Source of the DNA: a virus
Lineage: Duplodnaviria; Caudoviricetes
Virus record (IMG/VR): IMGVR_UViG_3300049142_000054
Span: 1-32,189 of that record
Strand: one strand, 5' to 3'
Length of the DNA stretch: 32,189 nt
Position numbers and translations under genes: made by a program. Every line of letters starts with the position of its first letter. The first letter of the stretch is position 1. Under the pieces are notes generated by a model. The model was not told the DNA's origin, did not search any database, and saw only the letters and a program-made list of their open reading frames with translations. Shown here one piece after another: positions 9,101-17,467 of this stretch.

Positions 9101-9989
9101 CTCCGGCAAGAAGGAATCGTCCCTGCTCAAGATGGTCGACCAGCAGACGAAGAAGCTGCTCGACCTGGCGAAGAAGCGCGACAGTGTCGCCGCGAGGATC
9201 GCCACGGCGAAGAAGTACGCCGGTGAGCTCACCTCGTCGGCCCGCGAGGGAGCGGGCCTCAGCAACCTCGGCATGGACGCAGAGAACGTCACGGCCGGTG
9301 GTATCAAGGCTGGGCTCGCGGGCAAGCTCGCGCAGATCCGGACCTTCACCCGGTACATCGACATCCTCGCGAAGAAGGGCCTCAACAAGGGACTGCTGCG
9401 GCAGATCCTCAACATGGGCCCTGAGGCCGGGTACGCCTACGCCTCGGCTCTGGTCGGCGCGGACAAGAGCACCTTCAAGCAGATCAACTCTCTGCAGTCG
9501 CAGCTGGACAAGTCGACAACGGACCTCGGCCGCCTCGGCGCCGACCGGATGTACGACAGCGGCAAGAACGCGTCCAAGGGCTTCCTGGCCGGGTTGACGT
9601 CGCAGGAGAAGCAGCTCGAAGCGACCATGGTGAAGATCGCCAAGGCCATGCAGAAGAGCCTGCGCAAGGCGCTGGGGATCAAGAGCCCTGCCCGGGCGAT
9701 GATCCCCGACGGCGTCAACACCGCCCGCGGCGTCGCCGTTGGCGTGATGGAGGGACTGCCGCACGTCGACCGGGCCATGCAGGCGGTAGCCGGGCGCATG
9801 GCCGGACATGCGGCGGCCAGCCCCGTCGCCGGCCGTGCGGCCGTCGCCGCCAGGGGAGGCGGCGGAACAGTCATCCACATCCACGTCGACGGCACGGTCG
9901 TCGACCAGCTCGGCTTCGCACGCGCCGCACGCCAGGCCCTGCTCGAGCTGAAGCGGACGAACGGCAACGCCGCGCTCGGCCTGGACTGA
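6198..9989 (+). CDS. Tail tape measure protein
   Basis: 1263 aa, Ala-rich and helical; YAAGG...VGENGPELV and two LxIxSP motifs; follows the chaperones. Confidence 0.95.
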   Translation: MPSMTFILEGRDRLSRTLDDAGDAALRLARRLDDSARRSSGSVDHFTRDANGRLHDLQGRFVATSSSSDLMAGSLGELRKTTLLLAPAAIPAAASLAPIAAGAGTVAVAVAAMGAAIAPQIAQLGEVSEAQKKYDDAVTKSGAHSQEAVQAQTDLARATAKLPPATREAAAAYAVLKDDYQAWSDSLAGDTMAPLTKGLMLTNALLPKTTGLVKAASGESDRFMTIIGGEMASPGLDRLNGKFTAFAQKTLRSVNDEIVHILRVSDGGQVGGNAREFMQWARAQGPTVASVLSSVASALIHVLQAGSDVGVGLLQAVEVLAHLVSAVPPGAISTLLQLAIALKLTKAAALGLAAGRMALGGFAAQILAMNAAATATPGRMAGARAAIAALSRTAKVAMAGTGIGLLLLALGELSQRSKQTPPDVDKLTSSLKQLGATGKTTGEAADAFGEDLSGLYDKVRSLTDPSTSDKVQQFLVGWTGWDSTPVADAKANIDAIDKSLAAMVQNGDADLAAAAVKRLTAEYGKGGRDTGEFTKQLGDYKSALADAKFEAALAAESQGVFGAQAQLVQQKLAAQKLSADGLRQSIQALSDTSRNAFDAQTKMEAAIDAVTKSLQENGRTLDAGSEKGRANRDALSQMAAATEEAAAKARENGASWETVNGIYDRGRKTLVDNIAAITGNRREAEALASTLLKMPDRKLHLEMRTEDAVRGLDSVISAIKKTPGSKSVTVSALTKDAVGLLRDLGFKVERMKDGRFKVTADTKNAKDNIGAVQRARDALKDKTLTLSARDRASAAARAIQRAIAALNSKTVTITTVRQTIATYSTDTRPVTGQGGVSKYAAGGTPEAGEMAMVGENGPELVVFGEAARVFDSTTTKGMLKGTATAGRAAAQGLAVGLGSGGGVYVAARAMAAQVTSGIRDELEIRSPSKKTKALAADVGKGFIVGLTGSRDKIKAVAADLAKDIKTAFSGKKESSLLKMVDQQTKKLLDLAKKRDSVAARIATAKKYAGELTSSAREGAGLSNLGMDAENVTAGGIKAGLAGKLAQIRTFTRYIDILAKKGLNKGLLRQILNMGPEAGYAYASALVGADKSTFKQINSLQSQLDKSTTDLGRLGADRMYDSGKNASKGFLAGLTSQEKQLEATMVKIAKAMQKSLRKALGIKSPARAMIPDGVNTARGVAVGVMEGLPHVDRAMQAVAGRMAGHAAASPVAGRAAVAARGGGGTVIHIHVDGTVVDQLGFARAARQALLELKRTNGNAALGLD

Positions 9990-10017
9990 GCCGGCACTAC
10001 GGAAAGGGGGTGGGCGC

Positions 10018-12771
10018 ATGACGCGCGTGTGTGTAGAGGCGGCGTTCGGTACGACGCTCGCAGCGGCTGTCTCCACAGGCGGCACGTGGACCGACATCAC
10101 ACAGCGCGTCGACATCCCGGAGGGCATCTCTATCACCCGGGGGGCGCAGGATGAGCTGTCCCAGATCCAGCCCGGCACGTGCACCATGAAGCTGGACAAC
10201 TCGGATGGCGCGCTGACTCCGGAATACACCGGCTCGCCGTACTACCCGAACGTCGTCGACGGCGTGCCAATCCGGGTCAACGTCGCCACGGTCACCACGA
10301 ACCTCGTGCGCAACCCCTCCTTCGAGGGGGGCGCCCTCGATACGTGGGAATGGGCCACCGGCGTCGAGGTCACCACCCCGGTCACCCCCGTGAAGACCGG
10401 ATCGAACGCGGCCCGGATCGCTTGGAACGCCTCCGTCTCGGACTACGTCCAGACGACGGTGTACGGGCTGACGATCGGCGCGACCTGCACAGCCAGCGCC
10501 TATGTGCGGGTGCCCGCCGGGGACGTCGCCGTCCGTATCCGGATGGGCGGGGTGACGTCATCGGCGTCGGCCGTCAACGACACGTACACCCGGCTCACCG
10601 CGACGTTCACCGCGACCGCGTCCGTGATGACCCTGCAGGTCATTCCCTCCACGACCCCGGCGGCCGGCGACCTTGTGTTCGTCGACGCGGTCATGGTCGA
10701 GGAGTCGGCCACGGCCTCCGCGCTGAACTACCTCACCAACACCACCTTCGAGACGAACACCTCAGGCTGGTCCAGCTCCGGCACGCCCACGTTCGCCCGG
10801 TCCACGGTCCGCGCGAACAACGGCGCGGCCAGCTTGCTCGTGACCTGGGGTACGACCGCGGACCAGTTCATCGAAACGATCGCAACGAACCTCGACGTCG
10901 GCTCGGTGTACACAGCGAGTGCCTACGTGTGGGTACCGGCAGGAGGAACGCCGGTGCAGCTGCGTGCGGCTGGCGTCGTCAGCGGCGCGGCCAGCACCGT
11001 CACTGATGCGTGGCAGCGGATCAGCGTCACGTGGACCCAGCCCGCCGGGGGTACGACACGGAACATCCGTGTGCAGCCCGCGACCACACCCGCTGTCGTC
11101 GGCCACCAGGTGTGGATGGACGCCGCCCAGGTGCAGGAAGGCAGCAGCGCCACCGCCTGGAACGCCTCGCTGGAGGGGGCGCAGCTGCATGAGCGGTTCT
11201 GGGGGCTCGTCAACCAGTGGCCCGTGCGCTGGGGCGGCCTGTACTCGACGGCCATGGTCACGGCCACGGACGTCCTCAGTGTGCTCTCGCGCGCTGAGGA
11301 ACAGATGCGGCCCATGCTCATCCAGGAGTGCCTGCTGTGGGGGCCGAACGCCTTCTACCCGATGGACGAGGGCGCGGATGCCACGTCGGCCGGTGACGTC
11401 TCCGGGCTCACCGGCCCGCAGTCCCTGGCCCTCCAGCAGGCCGGATCGGGCGGGACGCTGGAGTTCGGGGCAGGCAGCGCGCCGCTGGGGCTGAGCGGGG
11501 CACCCCTGTTCACGCCCGCGTCGGCGTCCGCGGGCAAGTTCCTGCGGGCCGAGCTGGGCGGCAGCGCACAGGGGTCCTCGCTCACGCAGGCCCTGCTGCT
11601 GGAGTTCTGGTTCGCGACGTCGACGGCCGGCCGGAGCATGGTGGCGATCGCCAGCGCTGACCGCGACTACTACCTGGTGCTCTCCCTGGCCTCGGCGACC
11701 GGATTCCTGACGGTGACGTCGAAACAGTCGGGCGGCACGGCCGTCACGACCACGGCAGGGGCGACCAACCTGGCGGACGGGCGACTGCATCACCTCATCT
11801 ACGACGCCGAGGTCCAGGAGCTCTATGTCGACGGCGTCAGCATCGGCGCCTTCGCCGGGATCCTCGCGGTGCAGGACCTGTCCACGCTCACGGTCGGGGC
11901 GAACCAGGTGGGCGGCAGCCTGTGGTCGGGAAGCATCAGCGCCGTGGCCGTGTACTTCGACACGTCCATGTCGGCGTCGAGCCTGGCCGACCACTACACG
12001 TGCGGCACGACCGGGTATGCGGGCGAAACCGCAGACGAGCGGGCGTTCCGGCTGACCGCCTACATCGGCCTGAACTTCGGCGACATCGGCATCTTCACCA
12101 CCGGCATCGCCGAGCAGGCCGCCCTGGGCCGGACCTGCCTGGAACACCTGCGAGACGTGGAGGCCACCGAGTCCGGGAAGCTGTACGCCTCCCGCGGCGC
12201 CCCGCAGATCCAGCTGCAGGCCCGGTCGGTGCGCTACAACCCGTCATCCGCGCTGAGCATCGTGTACGCGGACTTCGAGCCCGGCGACTTCGAACTGGCC
12301 TACGACACACAAAAGGTCGCCAACGTGCTGACCCTGTCCCGGCCGGGCGGGGCAACCCAACGCATGGTGCATGCCGCATCCAAGGCGGCGCGCGGACCGA
12401 TCGGCCGCGCCGTCGACACCCTGTGCACGTCCGACCTGGTCGTCACCGACCTGGGGAACTGGCTGCTGTACCGCTACGCCGTCCCGGTGCCGGAGCTGCG
12501 CGGCGTGACGATCGAGGCGTTCACGATGGGGCTGGCCACCTACCGCACCCTCATGGCCGCCGACATCAGCACGGTGTTCACGGTGACGTCCATGCCTGCC
12601 CAGGCGCCGACGTCGTCGATGTCCGCGACGGTCGAGGGCTACCGCGAAGACATCCGCCACAACCAGCACAGCCTGCAGTTCCTCACGTCGAGGACCGTCA
12701 CGTCCACGGTGTGGGTGCTGGACGACCCGCTCTACTCCGTCCTCGACTCCACCACCCGCCTCGCCTACTAG
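10018..12771 (+). CDS. Tail-tip/minor tail protein with two CBM4/9-like carbohydrate-binding domains and a LamG-like domain
   Basis: 917 aa; ITRG...QPGTCTMKLDNSDG hub-like start; two N.sFE...TASAYV.VPAG...DA.(M/Q)V.E repeats; YPMDEG...LEFWF...DGRLHHL...LYVDGV...WSGSISAVAVY LamG motifs. Confidence 0.85.
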   Translation: MTRVCVEAAFGTTLAAAVSTGGTWTDITQRVDIPEGISITRGAQDELSQIQPGTCTMKLDNSDGALTPEYTGSPYYPNVVDGVPIRVNVATVTTNLVRNPSFEGGALDTWEWATGVEVTTPVTPVKTGSNAARIAWNASVSDYVQTTVYGLTIGATCTASAYVRVPAGDVAVRIRMGGVTSSASAVNDTYTRLTATFTATASVMTLQVIPSTTPAAGDLVFVDAVMVEESATASALNYLTNTTFETNTSGWSSSGTPTFARSTVRANNGAASLLVTWGTTADQFIETIATNLDVGSVYTASAYVWVPAGGTPVQLRAAGVVSGAASTVTDAWQRISVTWTQPAGGTTRNIRVQPATTPAVVGHQVWMDAAQVQEGSSATAWNASLEGAQLHERFWGLVNQWPVRWGGLYSTAMVTATDVLSVLSRAEEQMRPMLIQECLLWGPNAFYPMDEGADATSAGDVSGLTGPQSLALQQAGSGGTLEFGAGSAPLGLSGAPLFTPASASAGKFLRAELGGSAQGSSLTQALLLEFWFATSTAGRSMVAIASADRDYYLVLSLASATGFLTVTSKQSGGTAVTTTAGATNLADGRLHHLIYDAEVQELYVDGVSIGAFAGILAVQDLSTLTVGANQVGGSLWSGSISAVAVYFDTSMSASSLADHYTCGTTGYAGETADERAFRLTAYIGLNFGDIGIFTTGIAEQAALGRTCLEHLRDVEATESGKLYASRGAPQIQLQARSVRYNPSSALSIVYADFEPGDFELAYDTQKVANVLTLSRPGGATQRMVHAASKAARGPIGRAVDTLCTSDLVVTDLGNWLLYRYAVPVPELRGVTIEAFTMGLATYRTLMAADISTVFTVTSMPAQAPTSSMSATVEGYREDIRHNQHSLQFLTSRTVTSTVWVLDDPLYSVLDSTTRLAY

Positions 12772-12780
12772 GAGCAACCT

Positions 12781-13218
12781 GTGCCCATCGCTGTCGTGCG
12801 CGCCGAGACGTTCTACCTGCCGCCGCCCGACCAGCCCGCGAACGCCTGGGCGGACGTGCCCGCAGCCGAGTTGGTGTGGCGCTGGTACGAGGCCCGGATG
12901 GGGCGCCGCGTCGTACCGCCCGAGGAAGCCGTCGACGAGAGCTACTTCGCGCGGATCAATCAGAACCGGTGGCTCGCCGACTGCTCGAGCTGCGGGTCGG
13001 CGGCCGTCGTCTCCCCGACCGACCCCCGCTACGCCTGCACCGAATGCCAGTGGGGATGGTGCGCGCTCGTCTTCCCCGCCGACGTCGCCGCGGTGGAGGC
13101 CTCCCTGATGGGGCTGCGGCCGGGCCTGCGGAACTGGTGGCATCCGGACGACCCCAACAACCCGGACCGCCCGGCCGACCCCGCCCCCGAGCCCGGCCCG
13201 GAGGGTGAGACGCCATGA
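12781..13218 (+). CDS. Cys-rich (CxxC...CxxC) tail-region protein (145 aa)
   Basis: AGGAG RBS, GTG start; DCSSC and ACTEC motifs; overlaps next gene (ATGA). Confidence 0.75.
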   Translation: MPIAVVRAETFYLPPPDQPANAWADVPAAELVWRWYEARMGRRVVPPEEAVDESYFARINQNRWLADCSSCGSAAVVSPTDPRYACTECQWGWCALVFPADVAAVEASLMGLRPGLRNWWHPDDPNNPDRPADPAPEPGPEGETP

Positions 13219-13733
13219 CGTTCACACCGAGGACCTGGGTCGTCGGCGAGGTGGTCTCCGCCGCGACCATGAACCAGGAAATCCGCGACCAGTTCAACAG
13301 CTTCTTCGGCGCCTGGACGTCGTACACGCCCAGCTGGATCGCCGAAGGCGGTGCCGCCCCCACCCTCGGCAACGGCAGCATCACCGGCCGGTACCTCAAG
13401 ATCGGCCGCACCACGGACTTCGTCATCCAGCTGACGTGGGGATCGACCACCGCAGCAGGCGGCGGTGCGGGCTCAGAGAACTGGGCGTTCACGCTGCCCG
13501 CCCTCCCGGCCGCCGGCTTCACATTCCGCACCGTGAAAGCAGACGCGCTCGACAACAGCTCGGGCCTGCACTACGGCGCGGCCGGCACGTACAGCACCAG
13601 CAACGGCGGCTGCATCCGCTCCCTCGTCGACCAGCAAGGCGTCAGCGGCGCCATCTGGGACAGCGTCTACCCCTTCACCTGGGCAGCCGCCGACATCCTC
13701 TACATCTACGGCCGCTACGAAGCCGCCAGCTGA
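13215..13733 (+). CDS. Short minor tail protein, putative receptor-binding protein (172 aa)
   Basis: PRTWVVGEVVSAATMNQEIRDQ anchor followed by WTSYTPSW...GRYLKIG...FTLP...YGRYEA beta-sandwich-like head. Confidence 0.7.
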   Translation: MTFTPRTWVVGEVVSAATMNQEIRDQFNSFFGAWTSYTPSWIAEGGAAPTLGNGSITGRYLKIGRTTDFVIQLTWGSTTAAGGGAGSENWAFTLPALPAAGFTFRTVKADALDNSSGLHYGAAGTYSTSNGGCIRSLVDQQGVSGAIWDSVYPFTWAAADILYIYGRYEAAS

Positions 13734-13750
13734 CCCGCGTTCACCCCACT

Positions 13751-13774
13751 CGCCCCGCGCCGATGGCCGGGGCG
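13751..13774 (+). terminator. Hairpin between tail and lysis modules
   Basis: CGCCCCG(C)GCC-GAT-GGCCGGGGCG followed by TTCGTC. Confidence 0.5.
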
Positions 13775-13798
13775 TTCGTCATGTCTGGAGCACTCACG

Positions 13799-14638
13799 TT
13801 GAAGATCGTCACCAGATCCCAGCTCGGGTGGCCCGCGTCTGCCGCGCCGACGCAGACGTCCACCAATGGCGTGAAGGTCCACTACGAGGGGACCGAGGTG
13901 AGCGCCAAGCTGCTCACCGACCACACCGCGTGCATCGCCGAGTGGAAGGCCATCCGCAAGTCCCACCTGGCGAATACGCAGGAGAACTACTCCGACATCG
14001 CCTACAACTACGGTGCCTGCCCGCACGGCTATCTCCTCGAGGGCCGCGGCATCGGCAAGCGCACCGGCGCCAACGGCAACCAGACCCTCAACATCGCGCA
14101 CTACGCGATCGTCGGACTCGTCGGATCGTCCGGGCTGACCGAGCCCACCGACGCCATGCTCGGCGCGATCCGCGACGGCATCGAACTGCTCCGCAAGAAC
14201 GGTGCAGGCAACGAGATCAAGGGCCACAAGGACGGCTACGCCACCGCCTGCCCCGGCCCGAAGCTGTACGCCTGGGTGCAGAAGGGCGCACCGCGACCGG
14301 CCGGTACCGCGACCGCGCCCGCCACGCCCACCCCGGCCAAGCCGAAGGTGTCGCTGGCCCACGTCATCTACGCGGCCAAGCACGACCCGGCCGCCGCGCA
14401 GGGACACACCACGCACAAGGCCGAGGTCCTCATCGTCGAGAAGGCGCTCAAGGCTGAAGGCCTTCTCGCGTCCCAGTACGTCGACGGGTCCTTCGGCACC
14501 AAGACGCTGGAGGCGTATGCCCGCTGGCAGCGCTCCCCAGCGGGCGGCGGCTACGTCGGCGCCGCCGCCGACGGCATTCCCGGCGCCGCATCCCTGCGCC
14601 GCCTCGCCGCAAAGCACGGCTTCACCGTCACCGCCTGA
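13799..14638 (+). CDS. Endolysin: N-acetylmuramoyl-L-alanine amidase (Amidase_2/PGRP-like) with C-terminal peptidoglycan-binding domain
   Basis: GGAG RBS then TTG 13799 (alternative ATG 13781); VHY, YSDIAYNY, EGRG, GHKDGYATACPG; P/A linker; DGSFGTKT...WQ...ADGIPG. Confidence 0.92.
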   Translation: MKIVTRSQLGWPASAAPTQTSTNGVKVHYEGTEVSAKLLTDHTACIAEWKAIRKSHLANTQENYSDIAYNYGACPHGYLLEGRGIGKRTGANGNQTLNIAHYAIVGLVGSSGLTEPTDAMLGAIRDGIELLRKNGAGNEIKGHKDGYATACPGPKLYAWVQKGAPRPAGTATAPATPTPAKPKVSLAHVIYAAKHDPAAAQGHTTHKAEVLIVEKALKAEGLLASQYVDGSFGTKTLEAYARWQRSPAGGGYVGAAADGIPGAASLRRLAAKHGFTVTA

Positions 14639-14658
14639 CCCACGAGAGGAACCCACTC

Positions 14659-14925
14659 ATGTCCGAGATCCACGTGCCCGACACCGAGACCGTCGTGAAG
14701 ACCGGCGCAGCTTACGCCCGTGACCTCGCCGAGCGCACCCTCGCCACCTTCGTCGTCACGGCGGCCGGCGTCGCCGTCGCCGCCGGGCCCGGCGACATGT
14801 TCTCCGCCTCCTTCTGGGAGACCGTCGCCGCGGCTGGCATCGCCGCGACTGGCTCTCTGCTGAAGGGCATGGTCGCCAGAGCGTTCGGCACGAAGAACAG
14901 CGCGAGCCTCGTCAAGGGCGTGTGA
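14659..14925 (+). CDS. Holin (r1t-like, two hydrophobic segments)
   Basis: 88 aa; YARDLAERTLATFV...SLLKG...ASL pattern; follows endolysin. Confidence 0.85.
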   Translation: MSEIHVPDTETVVKTGAAYARDLAERTLATFVVTAAGVAVAAGPGDMFSASFWETVAAAGIAATGSLLKGMVARAFGTKNSASLVKGV

Positions 14926-15356
14926 TGCGTGCGGCGGCCCGGCGGCTCGGCCAGCAGCTGGGCCGCCGCGGAACAGCGCTCGCCCTGCTCGGCACGGGCA
15001 AGGTTTGCTTCGGGCTCGGCTACATCCTGACCCCATCGCCCAACCCGCGCGGCCTCGAACTCCTCAACCGGTACGCGGACATCCGTACCTGGGCAGTGCT
15101 CTGGGTCGTGTGCGGCGCCGTCACGTTCTGCTCCGCCTGGCTGCGGATCGGCAGAGACCGGTTCGGCTTCATCGCCGCCCTGGTCCCGCCGTTCGTGTGG
15201 GGCTTCGCATTCCTGTGGGGGGCCGCGGCCGGGGACTTCCCGCGCGGGCTGGCCATCTTCGGCTGGTACGCCACCAGCCACGTCGGCATGATCCTGTGGG
15301 CCGCCTCAGTACCCGAGTACGAGGTGCCCCACCCTGCACGTCGGGAGAGACCGTGA
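14925..15356 (+). CDS. Lysis-cassette membrane protein, about 4 TM segments
   Basis: Four hydrophobic stretches; translationally coupled to holin (ORF track starts at GTG 14922; ATG at 14925). Confidence 0.8.
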   Translation: MRAAARRLGQQLGRRGTALALLGTGKVCFGLGYILTPSPNPRGLELLNRYADIRTWAVLWVVCGAVTFCSAWLRIGRDRFGFIAALVPPFVWGFAFLWGAAAGDFPRGLAIFGWYATSHVGMILWAASVPEYEVPHPARRERP

Positions 15357-15733
15357 CTGGAGCGTGGGGGGTAGCGGCCGCGATCGTCGGCTCAGTACTG
15401 GGCGCCCTCGCCCTGCTGGGCAGCGGCTTGTTCGCGGCCCGGGCAACGCGTGCGGCGGCACGCACAACGGCAGAAGCGCAGCGCGCGTCAACTGCCGCTG
15501 CAGCAGAACCCGCCCAACGCCAGGCGGACCTGACCGCGTTCAAGGAAATCCGCGACGAGCTGAAGGCGAAGATCGAACGGCAGGACCGCCGCATCGACAG
15601 CCTCTCCGCCCTGGTACTCGCCTACTCCTGGACGGTGGACCGGCTCATCAGCCGCATGCGGGAGGCCCGCGTCACCCCAGATCCGGAGGACATCCACGAA
15701 CGCGTGCGCGAACACATGCGAACCGGCGCCTGA
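15353..15733 (+). CDS. Lysis-cassette protein with one N-terminal TM and a coiled coil (126 aa)
   Basis: GGGAG RBS, GTG 15353 overlapping the upstream TGA; hydrophobic residues ~4-28, then FKEIRDELKAKIERQDRRIDSL. Confidence 0.8.
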   Translation: MTGAWGVAAAIVGSVLGALALLGSGLFAARATRAAARTTAEAQRASTAAAAEPAQRQADLTAFKEIRDELKAKIERQDRRIDSLSALVLAYSWTVDRLISRMREARVTPDPEDIHERVREHMRTGA

Positions 15734-15779
15734 CGAAAGCGGCCCCGCTCTCCTCCGGGAGAGCGGGGCCGCTTTCGTC
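15732..15779. terminator. Strong intrinsic terminator closing the late operon
   Basis: 22-bp perfect inverted repeat GACGAAAGCGGCCCCGCTCTCC-TCCG-GGAGAGCGGGGCCGCTTTCGTC. Confidence 0.9.
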
Positions 15780-15853
15780 GTTCTTGGGCGCCCTGTTGCC
15801 AGCGGGACGCTTAGGGCTACCGTGCGCCCCACATCTACCGAAGGGTGAAGACC

Positions 15854-16588
15854 ATGACCCGACGCCTCTGGAAGGTCGGCACCAACAGCGGCAACGATGG
15901 GTGCCCAACGCTGTACGAGATTCCCGGCACGGACCAGTACGTCGTCCAGGGCGACCGCGTCACCGACTCCGGCGAACTCGGCCAGCTCGAGAACCTCACG
16001 GCCGAGGAAGACGCCGTCGTCGTCCCACGTGAGCTGCTCGCCAACTTCAGCCCCAAGGAGCCCGTGCACGTGCCACAGCCCATCTCGTTCGCCGAGTTCG
16101 GCGGCATGTTCACCACACTCCGGCACTCCGCTTGGAGGCTGGAGACGCGCCGCCGCTACGCCGAAGACGAGATGACCGAGACCTACCGCCAGTTCGCCGC
16201 GGGCGAGCCCGTCACGTGGGACCTGAATGACCCGTGGTGCACCAACCGCCGTGAGCAGTCCGCGCTCGGCAAACGGTTCGAGCGGGTACGGATCCTCGAC
16301 GAGCCGCCCACCCTCGGCCAGCGGTACCTCCTCGACAACGCTCGCCGCAACAGCCAGGCCGGCGAGGACATCCGCGTCCTCACCCGCAGCAAGGCCGACG
16401 AACTCCAGCTGCCGCGCGAAGACTTCTGGCTGTTCGACGCCCGCGTCGTAGCCCTGCTCCACTTCGACGACGCCGACCAGATGACCGGCGTTGAACTCAT
16501 CACCAACCCCGTCGAGGTCCTCCGCTACGCGCAGGCCCGCGAGGCCGCATGGCACCATGCAGTGCCATACGACCAGGCCGGGCGGTAA
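15854..16588 (+). CDS. DUF6879-like protein with a fused small N-terminal domain (SGxxGCPTLY type)
   Basis: AWRLETRRRY, GKRFERVRILDEPPT.GQRYLL, N..AGEDIR.L.R, DFWLFD motifs; start ATG 15854 or GTG 15845; TACCGT candidate -10 at 15818-15823. Confidence 0.85.
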   Translation: MTRRLWKVGTNSGNDGCPTLYEIPGTDQYVVQGDRVTDSGELGQLENLTAEEDAVVVPRELLANFSPKEPVHVPQPISFAEFGGMFTTLRHSAWRLETRRRYAEDEMTETYRQFAAGEPVTWDLNDPWCTNRREQSALGKRFERVRILDEPPTLGQRYLLDNARRNSQAGEDIRVLTRSKADELQLPREDFWLFDARVVALLHFDDADQMTGVELITNPVEVLRYAQAREAAWHHAVPYDQAGR

Positions 16589-16597
16589 CTTCGCTGT

Positions 16598-17437
16598 GTG
16601 ACCACGGACTTCCAGCAAGCCCGCGAGGCCCTCGGCCGAAGGCTCCGTGAGCTGCGCGACGGGAAGACTCAGCGGGAACTGGCGGCCGTACTGGGGTGGC
16701 CGCAGGCAAAGGTGTCCAAGCTGGAGACCGGGCGCCAGACGGCCACCCCCGAAGACCTCATGGCGTGGGCCCAGGCAACAGAGCAGCCCGCGACCACCGA
16801 GGAACTCCTCGCCCGGCGCCAGGGCCTGGAGACCCACGTCCGCTCGTGGCGGCGCCAGCTGCGCGCCGGCCACCGCCCGGTGCAGGACGTCCTCACCGTC
16901 GAGTACGAGCAGTCAACCGTGCTGCGGGCGTGGCAGGGCGCCATGGTCGTCGGGATCCTGCAGACCCCGGACTACGCCCGGCACGTGTTCGCTCGGATGG
17001 CTGAGCTGCAGCAGTCGCCGCGCGACATCGAGGACGCCGTGCGGGCCCGTGTGCGCCGCCAGGACCTCCTGTACCAGCCCGGCCGGGAGTTCCACGTCCT
17101 CATGTGGGAGGCCGCCCTACTCGCGGGCGTGGCCCCGCCAGACGTCCTCGCGGCCCAGCTGGATCGGCTCGCGAGCGTCATCGGCCTGGACACCGTCCGT
17201 CTCGGCATCATCCCCCTCAGCGCGCACCTCAGCGTCCCGCCCGGCAATGGCTTTTGGCTGTACGACGACCGGCTGACGATCGTCGAGGAGTGGCATGCCG
17301 AGCTGTGGTTGAACGACGCCGACAGCGTGGCCCTGTACCGGCGGGTGTGGGAGACGCTGGACAAGTCGGCGGTGTACGGCACCCATGCGCGGCGCCTGAT
17401 CGGCCGGGCCCGCGCCCACTTCACTGACCTCACCTGA
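16598..17437 (+). CDS. XRE helix-turn-helix regulator with DUF5753 domain (Scr1/WhiJ-like)
   Basis: 279 aa; LGRRLRELR...TQRELAAVLGWPQAKVSKLETG HTH; VVGILQTPDYAR, RVRRQDLL, EAAL, QLDRL, LGIIP motifs. Confidence 0.9.
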   Translation: MTTDFQQAREALGRRLRELRDGKTQRELAAVLGWPQAKVSKLETGRQTATPEDLMAWAQATEQPATTEELLARRQGLETHVRSWRRQLRAGHRPVQDVLTVEYEQSTVLRAWQGAMVVGILQTPDYARHVFARMAELQQSPRDIEDAVRARVRRQDLLYQPGREFHVLMWEAALLAGVAPPDVLAAQLDRLASVIGLDTVRLGIIPLSAHLSVPPGNGFWLYDDRLTIVEEWHAELWLNDADSVALYRRVWETLDKSAVYGTHARRLIGRARAHFTDLT

Positions 17438-17467
17438 GCATCACCGCGAATCGCCTCAGGTTACGGG

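Noticed and set aside
6135-10229. 1364-aa minus-strand ORF
   Set aside because: Antisense shadow of the tape measure gene, expected from high-GC codon bias; no recognisable motifs.
10300-11142. Diversity-generating retroelement template/variable repeat pair
   Set aside because: Similarity is at the protein level only, with no adenine-specific near-identical DNA repeat and no reverse transcriptase.
15854-17437. Classical toxin-antitoxin pair
   Set aside because: No recognisable toxin catalytic motif; the TA-like label attached to Scr1/DUF397 families is not evidence of toxicity here.
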